Positions 1-11,468 of a stretch of DNA of 64,000 nucleotides are shown in pieces (within the stretch, counting starts at the first letter, position 1; each line of letters starts with the position of its first letter). Under the pieces are notes generated by a model. The model did no database searches, was not told the origin of the DNA, and worked only from the letters and a program-made list of their open reading frames with translations. The stretch comes from a candidate division WOR-3 bacterium (GTDB taxonomy: Bacteria > Hydrothermota > Tepidihabitantia > SM23-42 > CAYGYG01): contig CBFGIV010000003.1 in the NCBI GenBank assembly GCA_965648915.1, forward strand, positions 32,001 through 96,000, written 5' to 3'. The translations under genes and the position numbers were made by a program.

Positions 1-990
1 TATATGCCCCAAATACTGCTCATAAATATTGCCCAAAACATCTGCTTCAATGGCTGAAAAATCATAAGAAACAGATTTGTCTTTTGTATAGTAAAGCCCT
101 TCAATGATTTCGTGCAAAACTTCGTTATCTATATCCAAATTGTCGCATAAGTGATTGGCAAATATCTTGCTGTTGTAATTTTTATCAAAATAAGAAAAAA
201 CCTCTCTTAAACTTTTGATTAACTGCCCCCTGCCTTTGCTTTCCCATTCTCTAAAGCTGGAGATTAGGGTTTTTGCTTCAAGCTCTCTATCTTCACAATT
301 TCTAATAAAAATTAATCTGTCTAAAATTCTTTGAACAGACTCATCTAAATCTTCTTCAGTTAAATTTTTGTCTTGATTTAATTTGAGTATATTTTTGGAT
401 AATAATTCCCGGAATCTTGTAAAGTCTGCCAAAAGCTGTTTATCAACTGAAATCTTTTTTGTTTTCTTTCCCCACTTTTCAGCTTCTTTATCAATTAATC
501 CCTGCTCAAAACTTTCTTTTGACAAAAGCCACAATTCACTAAATCTGTCTAAAAATTCTTGGCAGGGAATTGTTTTAAGATGGCTCTGCAAAGGATTAGA
601 TGTTTTCCATTCAGCATTAAATATTTTTACGCTTTCAAAATCAGTAAGAACAGCCCAAGTGCAACCTTTATGCCAAGCATAATTTATCGCTTGTTCAACA
701 AATTTAGGATTGTCCAAATCCTCCTTTAGCGATTTTGCTTCTAAGAAAAATTTAGGAATGCCATTAATTCTAAAGCCATAATCAACTCTTTTTTTGGAGA
801 TTTTTTCTTCAGCAGTAACTTCGTTTGAATCTTCAGTATTCCAACCCAAAGCACGAAAAAGAGGAAGAATAAAATCCTTTTTGGTCATCTCCTCGTTGTA
901 TTTACTTACTCTTTTTTCTTCTACAACCTTATTATATTTTTCAATAAGTTTTTTGATTTCCTGTTTTATTGTTTCGATATCTGTCATCAT
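1..990 (-). CDS. Type IIG/Eco57I-like restriction-modification enzyme, N-terminal part (HsdR_N-like nuclease; runs off window edge)
   Basis: Not in ORF track; both ends hand-translated in one frame from ATG 990/987: MTDIETIKQEIKKLIEKY..EEMTKKDFILPLFRALGW..RVDYGFRINGIPKFFLEAK..QAINYA (PD-(D/E)xK and QxxxY), ending YDFSAIEADVLGNIYEQYLGHI, the segment that precedes the N6-methylase core in such fused enzymes. Confidence 0.85.
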   Translation of the reverse strand, partial: MMTDIETIKQEIKKLIEKYNKVVEEKRVSKYNEEMTKKDFILPLFRALGWNTEDSNEVTAEEKISKKRVDYGFRINGIPKFFLEAKSLKEDLDNPKFVEQAINYAWHKGCTWAVLTDFESVKIFNAEWKTSNPLQSHLKTIPCQEFLDRFSELWLLSKESFEQGLIDKEAEKWGKKTKKISVDKQLLADFTRFRELLSKNILKLNQDKNLTEEDLDESVQRILDRLIFIRNCEDRELEAKTLISSFREWESKGRGQLIKSLREVFSYFDKNYNSKIFANHLCDNLDIDNEVLHEIIEGLYYTKDKSVSYDFSAIEADVLGNIYEQYLGHI

Positions 991-1106
991 AGTTATAGTT
1001 TTTTCTCAATTTATTAATCTTTTCGTTTAAAGCCGCCCCTTCGTTCCATAAAAGTTTAGCAGACGAAAAATATTTTTTGTAATATCCTAGCGAAGCGAGA
1101 CAATCT

Positions 1107-1240
1107 GTGCCGAAGGCACTCCCGCGACCCATTTTTATTTCACTTAACTTGGTTATAGCCGAAATAGGTTCGGATATACCCCCTAAATTGGGGTGATATC
1201 CGAAGTACTTCGGATATTCCGCATCTGGCTGAACAGCCAG
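1107..1240. repeat. Palindrome cluster / candidate recombination site next to integrase
   Basis: GTGCC-GAA-GGCAC (1107-1119); ACTTAAC-ttg-GTTATAG (1142-1158); TTCGGATAT/ATATCCGAA x3 (1169-1177, 1196-1204, 1209-1217) including a perfect 22-bp palindrome at 1196-1217; CTGGCTG-AA-CAGCCAG (1225-1240). Confidence 0.6.
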
Positions 1241-1273
1241 GAAACCCCTTCTGTCAACAATTTTTGTCACTTA

Positions 1274-1594
1274 TTACCCCCTTTCTTTGAGTCTCGATGT
1301 ATCAAGTGGACTCTTTATCTTCCCTATGCTTTTAGTGCTCACATGGGTATAAATTTCGGTCGTCTTACTGTCTTTGTGCCCTAATATCTCCTGAATATAT
1401 CTCAAATCTGTTCCGCCTTCTAATAAATGGGTAGCGAAACTATGTCTCAAAGTATGGACTGAAACATCTTTTCTTATATTTGCCTTTTCACAGGCATGCT
1501 CTAAAATCTTTTCAACGGTTCTTGTAAATAAATATCTACCTGCCTTTGCCCCTTCAAAAAGCCACTTTGCTGGTTTATAGTTTTGGTAATTCAT
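1274..1594 (-). pseudogene. 5'-truncated tyrosine recombinase (XerD/integron-integrase-like), C-terminal catalytic part only
   Basis: [35 protein letters not shown] retains HxxR, H and the Tyr nucleophile; only 106 aa, lacking box I Arg and the N-terminal domain. Confidence 0.8.
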
Positions 1595-1602
1595 TGTATT
1601 TT

Positions 1603-1631
1603 ATTATATTTGTTTTGCAGTCAGTTGTCAA
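1603..1631 (-). promoter_or_regulatory. Perfect sigma70 consensus promoter
   Basis: Minus strand TTGACA (1631-1626), 17 bp, TATAAT (1608-1603); 8 nt before ATG 1594. Confidence 0.7.
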
Positions 1632-1780
1632 TAGTGATGAGCCTTCCTGATACTCCTATTAAGTTTATTTAAGATATTTTTCATGCTAACATTATGGTTG
1701 ACTTTTCCATAGATTAATTATAATAATATATTTTAATTATTTTTATTTGGTTAAATCTCAATTAAAATTAAGGAGGTAAG

Positions 1781-3586
1781 ATGTTGCTGAAGTCGCTGAA
1801 GGAGGTAAAGATCAAGTTTTTATTAACTGGATATATCTTTTTAACTGGTCTTTACGGCATTACCTATGTCGAATCTTCATCCGGCTTAAGACCACCTCGG
1901 TTCGAAGGCGGCCAAACCGAATTTGAGATGGTCGATGTTAACCTCGATGGTAATATTGACCTGATCTCAATCGGTGACCATGGTTCACCCTATGTCAATA
2001 CTGATCAGCACGGTATAATGGTCTGGTTCGGTAATGGACAGGGGGGCTGGAGTGTTTATATGAATGGCAATTTTGGTTATGGTGGTATTGCGGTTGGTGA
2101 TGTCAATAATGATGGCCGGCCCGATGTCGGTTATGCAATGCACCATAACTATTCTTCTAATGACTTTGGCGATCAGGTGATCGAAGTTGCCTTAGGTGAT
2201 GGAACCGGTCGTAACTGGACGCCCTGGGATGATAGCCTCGGTCAACAGGGCCAGAACTGGGGAATGTTCGGAACCGATTTTGGTGATATCAACAATGACG
2301 GTTATCTCGATATCGGTTCAGTTGCCTTTGGTGCTGATGATGGCCTGTGGATTTACACCAATTTGCGGAATGGGGTATGGCGGAATACTTTCGGCTATGC
2401 AGGTGGAAATTCAACAATGCACTTTATCTTTGGTGATATAAATCGAGATGGTCATCTCGATATGGCGACCGGTCATCAATATGGCACAATCTATTTTGGT
2501 GATGGAGTAGGAGGTTTTACCCTGAAAGACCGAAATCTTCCTCCACACGGAACCTCGGGACGAAGGGGAATTGCACTGGGTGATGTAAATAAGGATGGTG
2601 GGATGGATCTCTCTTTCATAAATACCCAGGGCGGGGTTGAAGTCTGGAGATATTCTGCGCAAGGTGACTCCTGGATTAAGATTTCAAATAATCTGCCCGC
2701 AACCGGTGGTATGGAGGCATCCCAACTGTGGGATATGGATGTTGATGGCCAGATCGACCTTGTAACCTTTGGTCGATGCACAACCAAGGTTTACAAAGGC
2801 GATGGTTCTGGAAACTGGAATCTGATCTGGACCCATACCTCAAGAGCACCTGGTTATTTTTCTGCCTTCCGGGTAGGTGGGGATATTGACCATAACGGTT
2901 ATCCCGATATTGTTCAGGTGGCTGAGGAAGGGAGCTGGCCAAGTGATAGCAATTTTGTCCGGGTGTTTAAAGAAGGCTCAACCCCAACCGCTTTAACGAT
3001 CAAGCCCGTATTCCCCCGCGGTGGTGAGCGATTCTGGGGTGGTTCGGTCAGATTTATTGAATGGGTCAGTTCAGTGCCAGGAGGTTCAATTTCAACTGTC
3101 CGGTTAGAACTTTCCAGTACCGGTCCTGGTGGCCCCTATACCCTGATTGCAAGTAATCTACCCAATAATGGTCGATACCAGTGGACAATTCCGCGTAATA
3201 TCAATTCGAACAACTGTTACATCCGCTATAAAGTAAGCACTGCTACTGATTCTGCCCTGGCGATAACCCCTGCCCCTTTTACTATTGGGCAACTGGGAGG
3301 GGTTGAAGAGAGGAAGAACCCGGAGGTCAGGCAACTGGATTTGAAAATGGTCAACCCGGTTTCTACCCGATCAGTGATTGAATTTAAGATCGATTCCCCC
3401 CAGCAAGGCAAAATTGCCCTTTATAATCTACTTGGGGGAGAGGTCTTAATTTTAACCAAAGGATATTTGAACAAAGGCCGACACCGAATTCTCTTTGATA
3501 CCGAGATCTTACCCGCAGGTATTTACTTCTGTCGCTTTGCTTTGAGAGATTTTAATCTTATTAAACCTATCGTAGTTATCAAATAG
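1781..3586 (+). CDS. Secreted FG-GAP/VCBS-repeat protein with Ig-like domain and T9SS-type C-terminal tail
   Basis: Repeated GDxNxDGxxD motifs; tail YNLLG..LPAGIYFCRF..KPIVVIK; AGGAGG RBS. Confidence 0.8.
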   Translation: MLLKSLKEVKIKFLLTGYIFLTGLYGITYVESSSGLRPPRFEGGQTEFEMVDVNLDGNIDLISIGDHGSPYVNTDQHGIMVWFGNGQGGWSVYMNGNFGYGGIAVGDVNNDGRPDVGYAMHHNYSSNDFGDQVIEVALGDGTGRNWTPWDDSLGQQGQNWGMFGTDFGDINNDGYLDIGSVAFGADDGLWIYTNLRNGVWRNTFGYAGGNSTMHFIFGDINRDGHLDMATGHQYGTIYFGDGVGGFTLKDRNLPPHGTSGRRGIALGDVNKDGGMDLSFINTQGGVEVWRYSAQGDSWIKISNNLPATGGMEASQLWDMDVDGQIDLVTFGRCTTKVYKGDGSGNWNLIWTHTSRAPGYFSAFRVGGDIDHNGYPDIVQVAEEGSWPSDSNFVRVFKEGSTPTALTIKPVFPRGGERFWGGSVRFIEWVSSVPGGSISTVRLELSSTGPGGPYTLIASNLPNNGRYQWTIPRNINSNNCYIRYKVSTATDSALAITPAPFTIGQLGGVEERKNPEVRQLDLKMVNPVSTRSVIEFKIDSPQQGKIALYNLLGGEVLILTKGYLNKGRHRILFDTEILPAGIYFCRFALRDFNLIKPIVVIK

Positions 3587-3657
3587 CTTACTTAACATTT
3601 CTTACCGGGTAAAAAGTGTAAAATAAAGTATTATATATTTTGGATAAGCAAAAATTA

Positions 3658-3685
3658 TTGACAAAATAATAATTTAGGCTATAAT
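3658..3685 (+). promoter_or_regulatory. sigma70-type promoter of pyrG
   Basis: TTGACA-16bp-TATAAT. Confidence 0.65.
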
Positions 3686-3696
3686 TATTTCCCATA

Positions 3697-5325
3697 ATGG
3701 TTCCCCAGAGCATCAAGAAGACGAGATGGATTATTATTACCGGAGGTGTGATGTCTGGACTGGGAAAAGGGACCGCAACCGCCTCGATCGGCCGTCTGCT
3801 GCGAGATAAATTTAAGATTGTCCCGATAAAATGTGATGGCTATCTCAATGTTGATCCCGGGACGATGAACCCCATTGAACACGGTGAGGTTTTCGTCCTC
3901 GATGATGGTGGTGAGGTCGATATGGACTTTGGTCACTATGAAAGATTCCTTAATATTAATTGTCGTTTTGACTGGAATCTGACTTCGGGTAAAATCTTTA
4001 ACTCGGTTATTGCCAACGAAAGGAAGGGGGATTATTTGGGCAAGACGATCCAGATCTTCCCCCATCTGATCGATGAGATAAAATCTCAGTTTTATAAAAT
4101 TGCCGAAACGGAAAAAGCCGATATTGTCTTGGTGGAGATTGGCGGAACCGTCGGTGATATCGAAAATTCCTGGTTTATCGAGGCGGCACGCCAGTTGAGA
4201 AAAGAGGTCGGCCCCGATAACATTATCTATATCCATCTAACTTACATACCTTTTCTCCATTCAGTTGGCGAACCCAAGACCAAACCGGCCCAGCGCGATG
4301 TCGCCCTCTTGAGGGAGAAGGGTATCTATCCCGATATTCTGATCGGCCGTTCCCGGGACCTAATCAGTAAGAAAATCAAGGAAAAACTTGCACTCTTCTG
4401 CGACATTGATCCAGACTCAATCATCGCGGCTAAAGATATTGAATCAATATATGAAATACCGATTATGTTTGAACGGGATGGCCTGCTCGATGTCTTAAAT
4501 AAAAAATTCCATCTCGAACATAAGGCGGATCTGCGACACTGGGTTCGTTTGGTTGAGAATATCAAAAATCCGAAATTTCAAGTAGAGGTTGCAATCTGTG
4601 GCAAATATACTGAATTGAAAGATGCCTATGCTAGCATTATCGAAGCCCTGATCCACGCCGGTGCCCACCTCAATACTAAGGTTAACTTAAGGTGGATTGA
4701 AACGACCGAGGTCGAAACCGGCATCGTCTCTTTAAAAGATGCCTTAAAAAAGATCGACGGGATGATCATCCCGGGCGGTTTCGGTATCCGGGGAGCCGAG
4801 GGTAAGATTATGATGATTAAATATGCCCGGGAGAATAATATCCCATTTCTGGGGCTCTGTTTTGGTCTCCAGCTAGCGGTGGTTGAATTTGCCCGTAATA
4901 AATGTGGCTTAAAGAACGCCAACAGCACCGAAATCAGCCCCAAGACCAGTCAGCCGGTGATCGATATTCTACCAGAACAGAGGAAGATTGAAAAAATGGG
5001 CGGGACGATGCGACTCGGTTCATACAAAGCAGTTCTTAAGAAGGATACCATCGTTCATAAATTATACCGCCGAAATTTTGTCTATGAGCGGCATCGCCAT
5101 CGTTATGAAGTGAATCCCGAATATCACAATTTACTGGAAAAGAACGGGATGGTTTTATCGGGGATGTCGGAAGATTGTAGATTGGTCGAATTCATCGAAC
5201 TTCCCGATCACAAATTTTTTGTTGCAACCCAGGCCCACCCCGAATTCAAATCCCGACTCGATTATCCCAGCCCTTTATTTTATGGGCTGATTAAAAGTTG
5301 TCTGAGCAGTAAAGTTGAGGGATAA
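3697..5325 (+). CDS. pyrG: CTP synthase
   Basis: TGGVMSGLGKG, NVDPGTM, GHYERF, PGGFG, GLCFG, RHRHRYE, QAHPEF. Confidence 0.97.
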   Translation: MVPQSIKKTRWIIITGGVMSGLGKGTATASIGRLLRDKFKIVPIKCDGYLNVDPGTMNPIEHGEVFVLDDGGEVDMDFGHYERFLNINCRFDWNLTSGKIFNSVIANERKGDYLGKTIQIFPHLIDEIKSQFYKIAETEKADIVLVEIGGTVGDIENSWFIEAARQLRKEVGPDNIIYIHLTYIPFLHSVGEPKTKPAQRDVALLREKGIYPDILIGRSRDLISKKIKEKLALFCDIDPDSIIAAKDIESIYEIPIMFERDGLLDVLNKKFHLEHKADLRHWVRLVENIKNPKFQVEVAICGKYTELKDAYASIIEALIHAGAHLNTKVNLRWIETTEVETGIVSLKDALKKIDGMIIPGGFGIRGAEGKIMMIKYARENNIPFLGLCFGLQLAVVEFARNKCGLKNANSTEISPKTSQPVIDILPEQRKIEKMGGTMRLGSYKAVLKKDTIVHKLYRRNFVYERHRHRYEVNPEYHNLLEKNGMVLSGMSEDCRLVEFIELPDHKFFVATQAHPEFKSRLDYPSPLFYGLIKSCLSSKVEG

Positions 5326-5359
5326 AATCTGTGTATAATATAGAGAAATCTCTCAGCCT

Positions 5360-6401
5360 ATGGTCTTAGAAAATCTCTCTCTGGTTGGCTTTAGAAATCT
5401 CAAACCGGTCGAGATCAATTTTTCCCGAACGCGGAACCTGATCCAGGGTGAGAATGGTGCGGGTAAATCCAATCTCCTCGAGGCCATATATTATCTGTGT
5501 ATGGGGAAATCATTCCGTAAGGCAATAGATAACGAGATCCTTCAATATGATGCTCAATTCTTTCGCATCGAGGGCGGTGGCGAACGAAGGGTCATTGTAT
5601 ATTACTCACCGGCGGAGAAGAGAATTATCCTGGATAAAAACGAAATAAAGAAATTATCAGACTTTGCTGGTTGGCTACCAGCGGTAATTTTTTCCCTTGA
5701 AGACATCTGGCTGGTACGTGGTGAACCGAGGGGTCGCCGTGAATATCTTGATATGGCAATCGGCAAGGTCTCACGAAGTTACTTAAAAAATCTCTTTGCC
5801 TACCGCAGAGTGCTCCATCAGCGGAATCGGATCTTAGAAAATATTAAAGAACAGAAATACGCCCTCGATGCCGAAAATCGACGCCTTATCGAATCGTTCG
5901 AAGATGGTCTGATCAGTTATGGCAATGAGATCTATAGATTAAGAAGTAAATATTTTGTTTTTTTAAGCAGCCGGCTGAGCCAGTACTGTGACCAGTTTAA
6001 TCTTAAGAATATTAAATTAAGTTATCGTTCTTCTGTGGAAAATCAATTTATGGAGAGAGGATTGTTGGAGAAAAATCGTCCTTTAGAGATTAGTAAAGGG
6101 GTCACCCTCTTCGGGCCACACCGGGACGATCTGCTCATCAGCAAGAATGGCCGAGACTTAAAAATCTTTGGCTCTGAGGGCGAACAGCGCATAGCATCAC
6201 TGGCCTTGAGGCTGGCCGAAGCGGCTTTGATTGAACAAGAGAGAAATGAAGAAGGGCTCAAACTGGTTGATGAAGCGGTGGCGGAACTCGATACCGGCCG
6301 CCGAACTGTTTTTCTCGATAATCTTCAGGGTCAGGTCTTTTTTGCAACCACCCAGCCGGTTGATAACTTTGGTAAACATTTTTTAATCACGGAAGGAAAA
6401 A

Positions 6402-6418
<17 letters not shown>
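5360..6418 (+). CDS. recF: DNA replication and repair protein RecF
   Basis: GENGAGKSN Walker A, GPHRDD, SEGEQR, DEAVAELD; upstream of gyrB. Confidence 0.92.
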
Positions 6419-8620
<2,202 letters not shown>

Positions 8621-8633
8621 TTTCGTTGCTTAC

Positions 8634-9770
8634 TTACTTTCTCTCTCCTTCCCCGGCAACTTCCTCGGGAAGGAGCTGGAGAAACTGAGGCGGGATATTT
8701 TCTACCAGGTAAGTCTCATCAACCTTATAGAAGACTACACCCTTTTTATGAGCCTCTTGGGCATCAACCTTGAAAATAACCGAACCGGCCGGTCCCCGGG
8801 AACTCATCGTTTTGGCATCATCAATATTGACGGCCAGATGAATAAAACCTCGTTTCATCGGCCTTAGACCTTCAATCAATATTTTATCTCTTACCCAACG
8901 GGGCGCATTATGATAGAGCTCTTTCGGCGGTTTAGTCTTTTTTAAATCAATCTTTACGGGTAGGGAATGGCCGTATAGAGCTCTGATTTTATTACGTTTG
9001 ATTTCAAAACGTTTTTTGTCCTGGGTACTGACGATATCTTTAATCTCAGATTCTTTTACATTCAATGCCTGGGCAAGATCCTTGATGGGGATAAACCCCT
9101 TCTCATCCATTTCCAGTTTGAACATTTCAGGATGATGCCTGAGGATAAAAGCCAATTTCCGCCCCATTCTTTCCTGGGGCGAGGTAAGGGTAAATTTGCG
9201 CAGATAGGTATAGGGGCGATCGAAGAAATCCGGAATCATAGCACGGATGGTATCGTTTATCTTCTTTTTCATTCTTTTCGATTCATCTGCCTTCCATAGA
9301 TGAAGAATCGGGATGTATTCATACATCCTGCGACTGAGTATCTTCTGGAGGATAAAGAGTTTTACATCACGGTTTATATTCTTTAACTGAATCGGAAAGG
9401 TCTCAGGTTTATGAACATTGCCACTATGAATCCACTGGTCGAAAGTTTTAAAGACTTCATCGGAAAGTATTTTTCGGATTCGCTCCTGACCTTTTGCTGT
9501 CTGAAAGAGGAGTGGCTGCCGCTGTCGATATTCTACCCGGAGCCAGTCATTTTCGATCATCCAGTTTATCTTATCTTTTATCTCTTTTGCGGTTTCTTTT
9601 TTAAAAGCACCATAGCCAATGATCTGGTCAAACCCCTTCTCTTTAATGATCTTTGACCTTGAACCCTTTAATATTAAAATGAGGGCATTCTTGCCTGCCT
9701 GGTATGCAATATCACCCGCAACCTGCAGAATTGTATCGATTTCCTGGTCAGTCGGTTGTTTTTGTACCAC
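8634..9770 (-). CDS. Fusion of RQC (RecQ-C-terminal-like winged helix) domain and RNA 2'-phosphotransferase (KptA/Tpt1)
   Basis: N-half ILKGSRSK..GYGAF..INWMIENDWL..PLL..KG; C-half FILRHHP, DKKRF, IRALYGHS, GLRPMKR..IHL; GGAG RBS before GTG. Confidence 0.85.
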   Translation of the reverse strand: MVQKQPTDQEIDTILQVAGDIAYQAGKNALILILKGSRSKIIKEKGFDQIIGYGAFKKETAKEIKDKINWMIENDWLRVEYRQRQPLLFQTAKGQERIRKILSDEVFKTFDQWIHSGNVHKPETFPIQLKNINRDVKLFILQKILSRRMYEYIPILHLWKADESKRMKKKINDTIRAMIPDFFDRPYTYLRKFTLTSPQERMGRKLAFILRHHPEMFKLEMDEKGFIPIKDLAQALNVKESEIKDIVSTQDKKRFEIKRNKIRALYGHSLPVKIDLKKTKPPKELYHNAPRWVRDKILIEGLRPMKRGFIHLAVNIDDAKTMSSRGPAGSVIFKVDAQEAHKKGVVFYKVDETYLVENIPPQFLQLLPEEVAGEGERK

Positions 9771-9993
9771 TTTTTGCTCCTATCTATTTGGTCATTACCA
9801 ATTATCCTAAAATTAGGCTAATTGATCTTCTACAAAACTGATATCTGAGGCATTAATATTACTACTCCTTGATCTTCTTATCCTTTTTGCACCAGTGATA
9901 AACTGTGGTTGACAGTTTAACTGTTTCTGTAAACCAGCCAGTTCATATTGTCATATTTTTTATTTATTAATAATGCTTTTTTAGAATTAATTA

Positions 9994-10021
9994 ATTATAT
10001 CTAAGGTTTAAAAAAAGTCAA
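9994..10021 (-). promoter_or_regulatory. sigma70-type promoter facing the RQC-KptA gene
   Basis: TTGACT-16bp-TATAAT on minus strand. Confidence 0.5.
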
Positions 10022-10091
10022 CAGTGATTTATGGCCCGGACCGAATGGCTCAAGGACGGGATATATCTTGATTATTATTAATTAGCGAAAC

Positions 10092-10119
10092 TTGACATTA
10101 AATAAAATTATGATATAAT
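10092..10119 (+). promoter_or_regulatory. sigma70-type promoter of glnA (likely leaderless)
   Basis: TTGACA-16bp-TATAAT, 6 nt before ATG 10126. Confidence 0.7.
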
Positions 10120-10125
10120 AGGGAT

Positions 10126-11466
10126 ATGGAAAAGATTCAGGAATTGATCAAGCGTGAAAAGATTGAATTCATTGATTTGAAGTATGTTGGACTCTTAGGA
10201 GATTTACGACATATTACGATCCCTGTCCAGCGTTTTAACTATATTATTAAAGATGGGGTGGGTATTGATGGTTCGAGCATTCCCGGATTTAAGGGGGTTA
10301 AGCGTTGCGATATGATTGTTCGCCCGGATCTCGACTATCATTTCATCGATCCCTTTTTTTGCGAAAGGACACTTTCATTTTTTGGTAACTGTCTTTACAG
10401 TTATGATCAGTCACCATTTGAAAAAGATCCAAGAAATCTTGTCGTAAAATTGACTGATCTTCTCAAAAAGAAAGGATTAACCGCCTATTTCCTGCCGGAA
10501 CTTGAATTCTATCTATTTAATGCAATCGAATTTGATGAAGGGCCAGGTTATAGTTTTTACCGAATCGTATCTGAGGAAGCGATACCCGATGAGCGTTTTC
10601 CTGATCAGGGCTATCGTTTAAGGAAAAAAGGTGGTTACCATACTGTTCCCCCATTTGATCGAACTTATAATTTCCGTGATAAACTTACACAATTACTCCA
10701 GGCCTGCGGGATTGAGGTAAAATACCATCATCACGAGGTAGGACCAGCATCTCAGGTTGAGATTGAACTGGCATTTAATGATATTAAGAAGATTTGTGAT
10801 TTTATAATCCTCGCCAAATATCTCATCAGAAATTGCGCCCACCGGGCAGGTCTCTCAGCAACCTTTATGCCCAAACCACTCTATGGTGAACCGGGTAATG
10901 GACTACATATCCACCATTATCTTAAAAAAGATGATAAACCAATCCTCTTCAGCCTGACCGAACGCTCAAAATTGAGTCGAATCGGCGAGCATTATATCTC
11001 TGGTCTATTGGAACATGCACCTTCCCTATGTGCCTTAACCAATCCGACAACCAACTCTTATAAGAGATTAATTGCTGGTTATGAAGCGCCAACCTACACT
11101 GATTATGCAATCGGCAGTCGGGCAGCGGCGATCCGGATACCAGAATATGTGCGCAATCTCAACGAACAGCGTATCGAGTATCGAATACCAGATTGTATGG
11201 CCAATCCCTATCTTGCCCTCAGTGCAATAATCCTGGCCGGACTGGATGGAATCGAGAAGAAGATCGTTCATCCGGGAAAAAAGTCTTTACCGACCAATCT
11301 CTTAGATGCGCTTACCGAGTTTAAACATGATCATAAATTCCTTCTGACCAACAACGTCTTCACTGAAGAGATCATCGATCAGTGGATTGAGATAAAGAAA
11401 TCAGAGTTTGAAACAGTTAATCAACACCCAACCGTTCAAGAATTTATCCTTTACTACGGGGTTTAA
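10126..11466 (+). CDS. glnA: Glutamine synthetase type I
   Basis: DGSSI, PELEFY, HHHEVG..Q.E, ATFMPKP..GNGLH, NSYKRL..GYEAP, RIEYR.PD..ANPYL. Confidence 0.92.
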   Translation: MEKIQELIKREKIEFIDLKYVGLLGDLRHITIPVQRFNYIIKDGVGIDGSSIPGFKGVKRCDMIVRPDLDYHFIDPFFCERTLSFFGNCLYSYDQSPFEKDPRNLVVKLTDLLKKKGLTAYFLPELEFYLFNAIEFDEGPGYSFYRIVSEEAIPDERFPDQGYRLRKKGGYHTVPPFDRTYNFRDKLTQLLQACGIEVKYHHHEVGPASQVEIELAFNDIKKICDFIILAKYLIRNCAHRAGLSATFMPKPLYGEPGNGLHIHHYLKKDDKPILFSLTERSKLSRIGEHYISGLLEHAPSLCALTNPTTNSYKRLIAGYEAPTYTDYAIGSRAAAIRIPEYVRNLNEQRIEYRIPDCMANPYLALSAIILAGLDGIEKKIVHPGKKSLPTNLLDALTEFKHDHKFLLTNNVFTEEIIDQWIEIKKSEFETVNQHPTVQEFILYYGV

Positions 11467-11468
11467 TT

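Noticed and set aside
383..1030. Plus-strand ORFs 383-682 and 794-1030
   Set aside because: Antisense shadows of the RM gene.
941..1270. 109-aa minus-strand ORF after the integrase
   Set aside because: Spans the palindrome region and overlaps the RM start out of frame; no recognisable motif.
3685..4236. 183-aa minus-strand ORF
   Set aside because: Shadow of pyrG.
9810..10125. AT-rich gap near gyrB as possible oriC or small gene
   Set aside because: No exact DnaA boxes seen; divergent promoters explain it; the ~44-codon minus-strand open stretch has no start codon.
10126..11466. Short glnA lacking an obvious adenylylation loop
   Set aside because: Within known variation of non-adenylylated type I enzymes.
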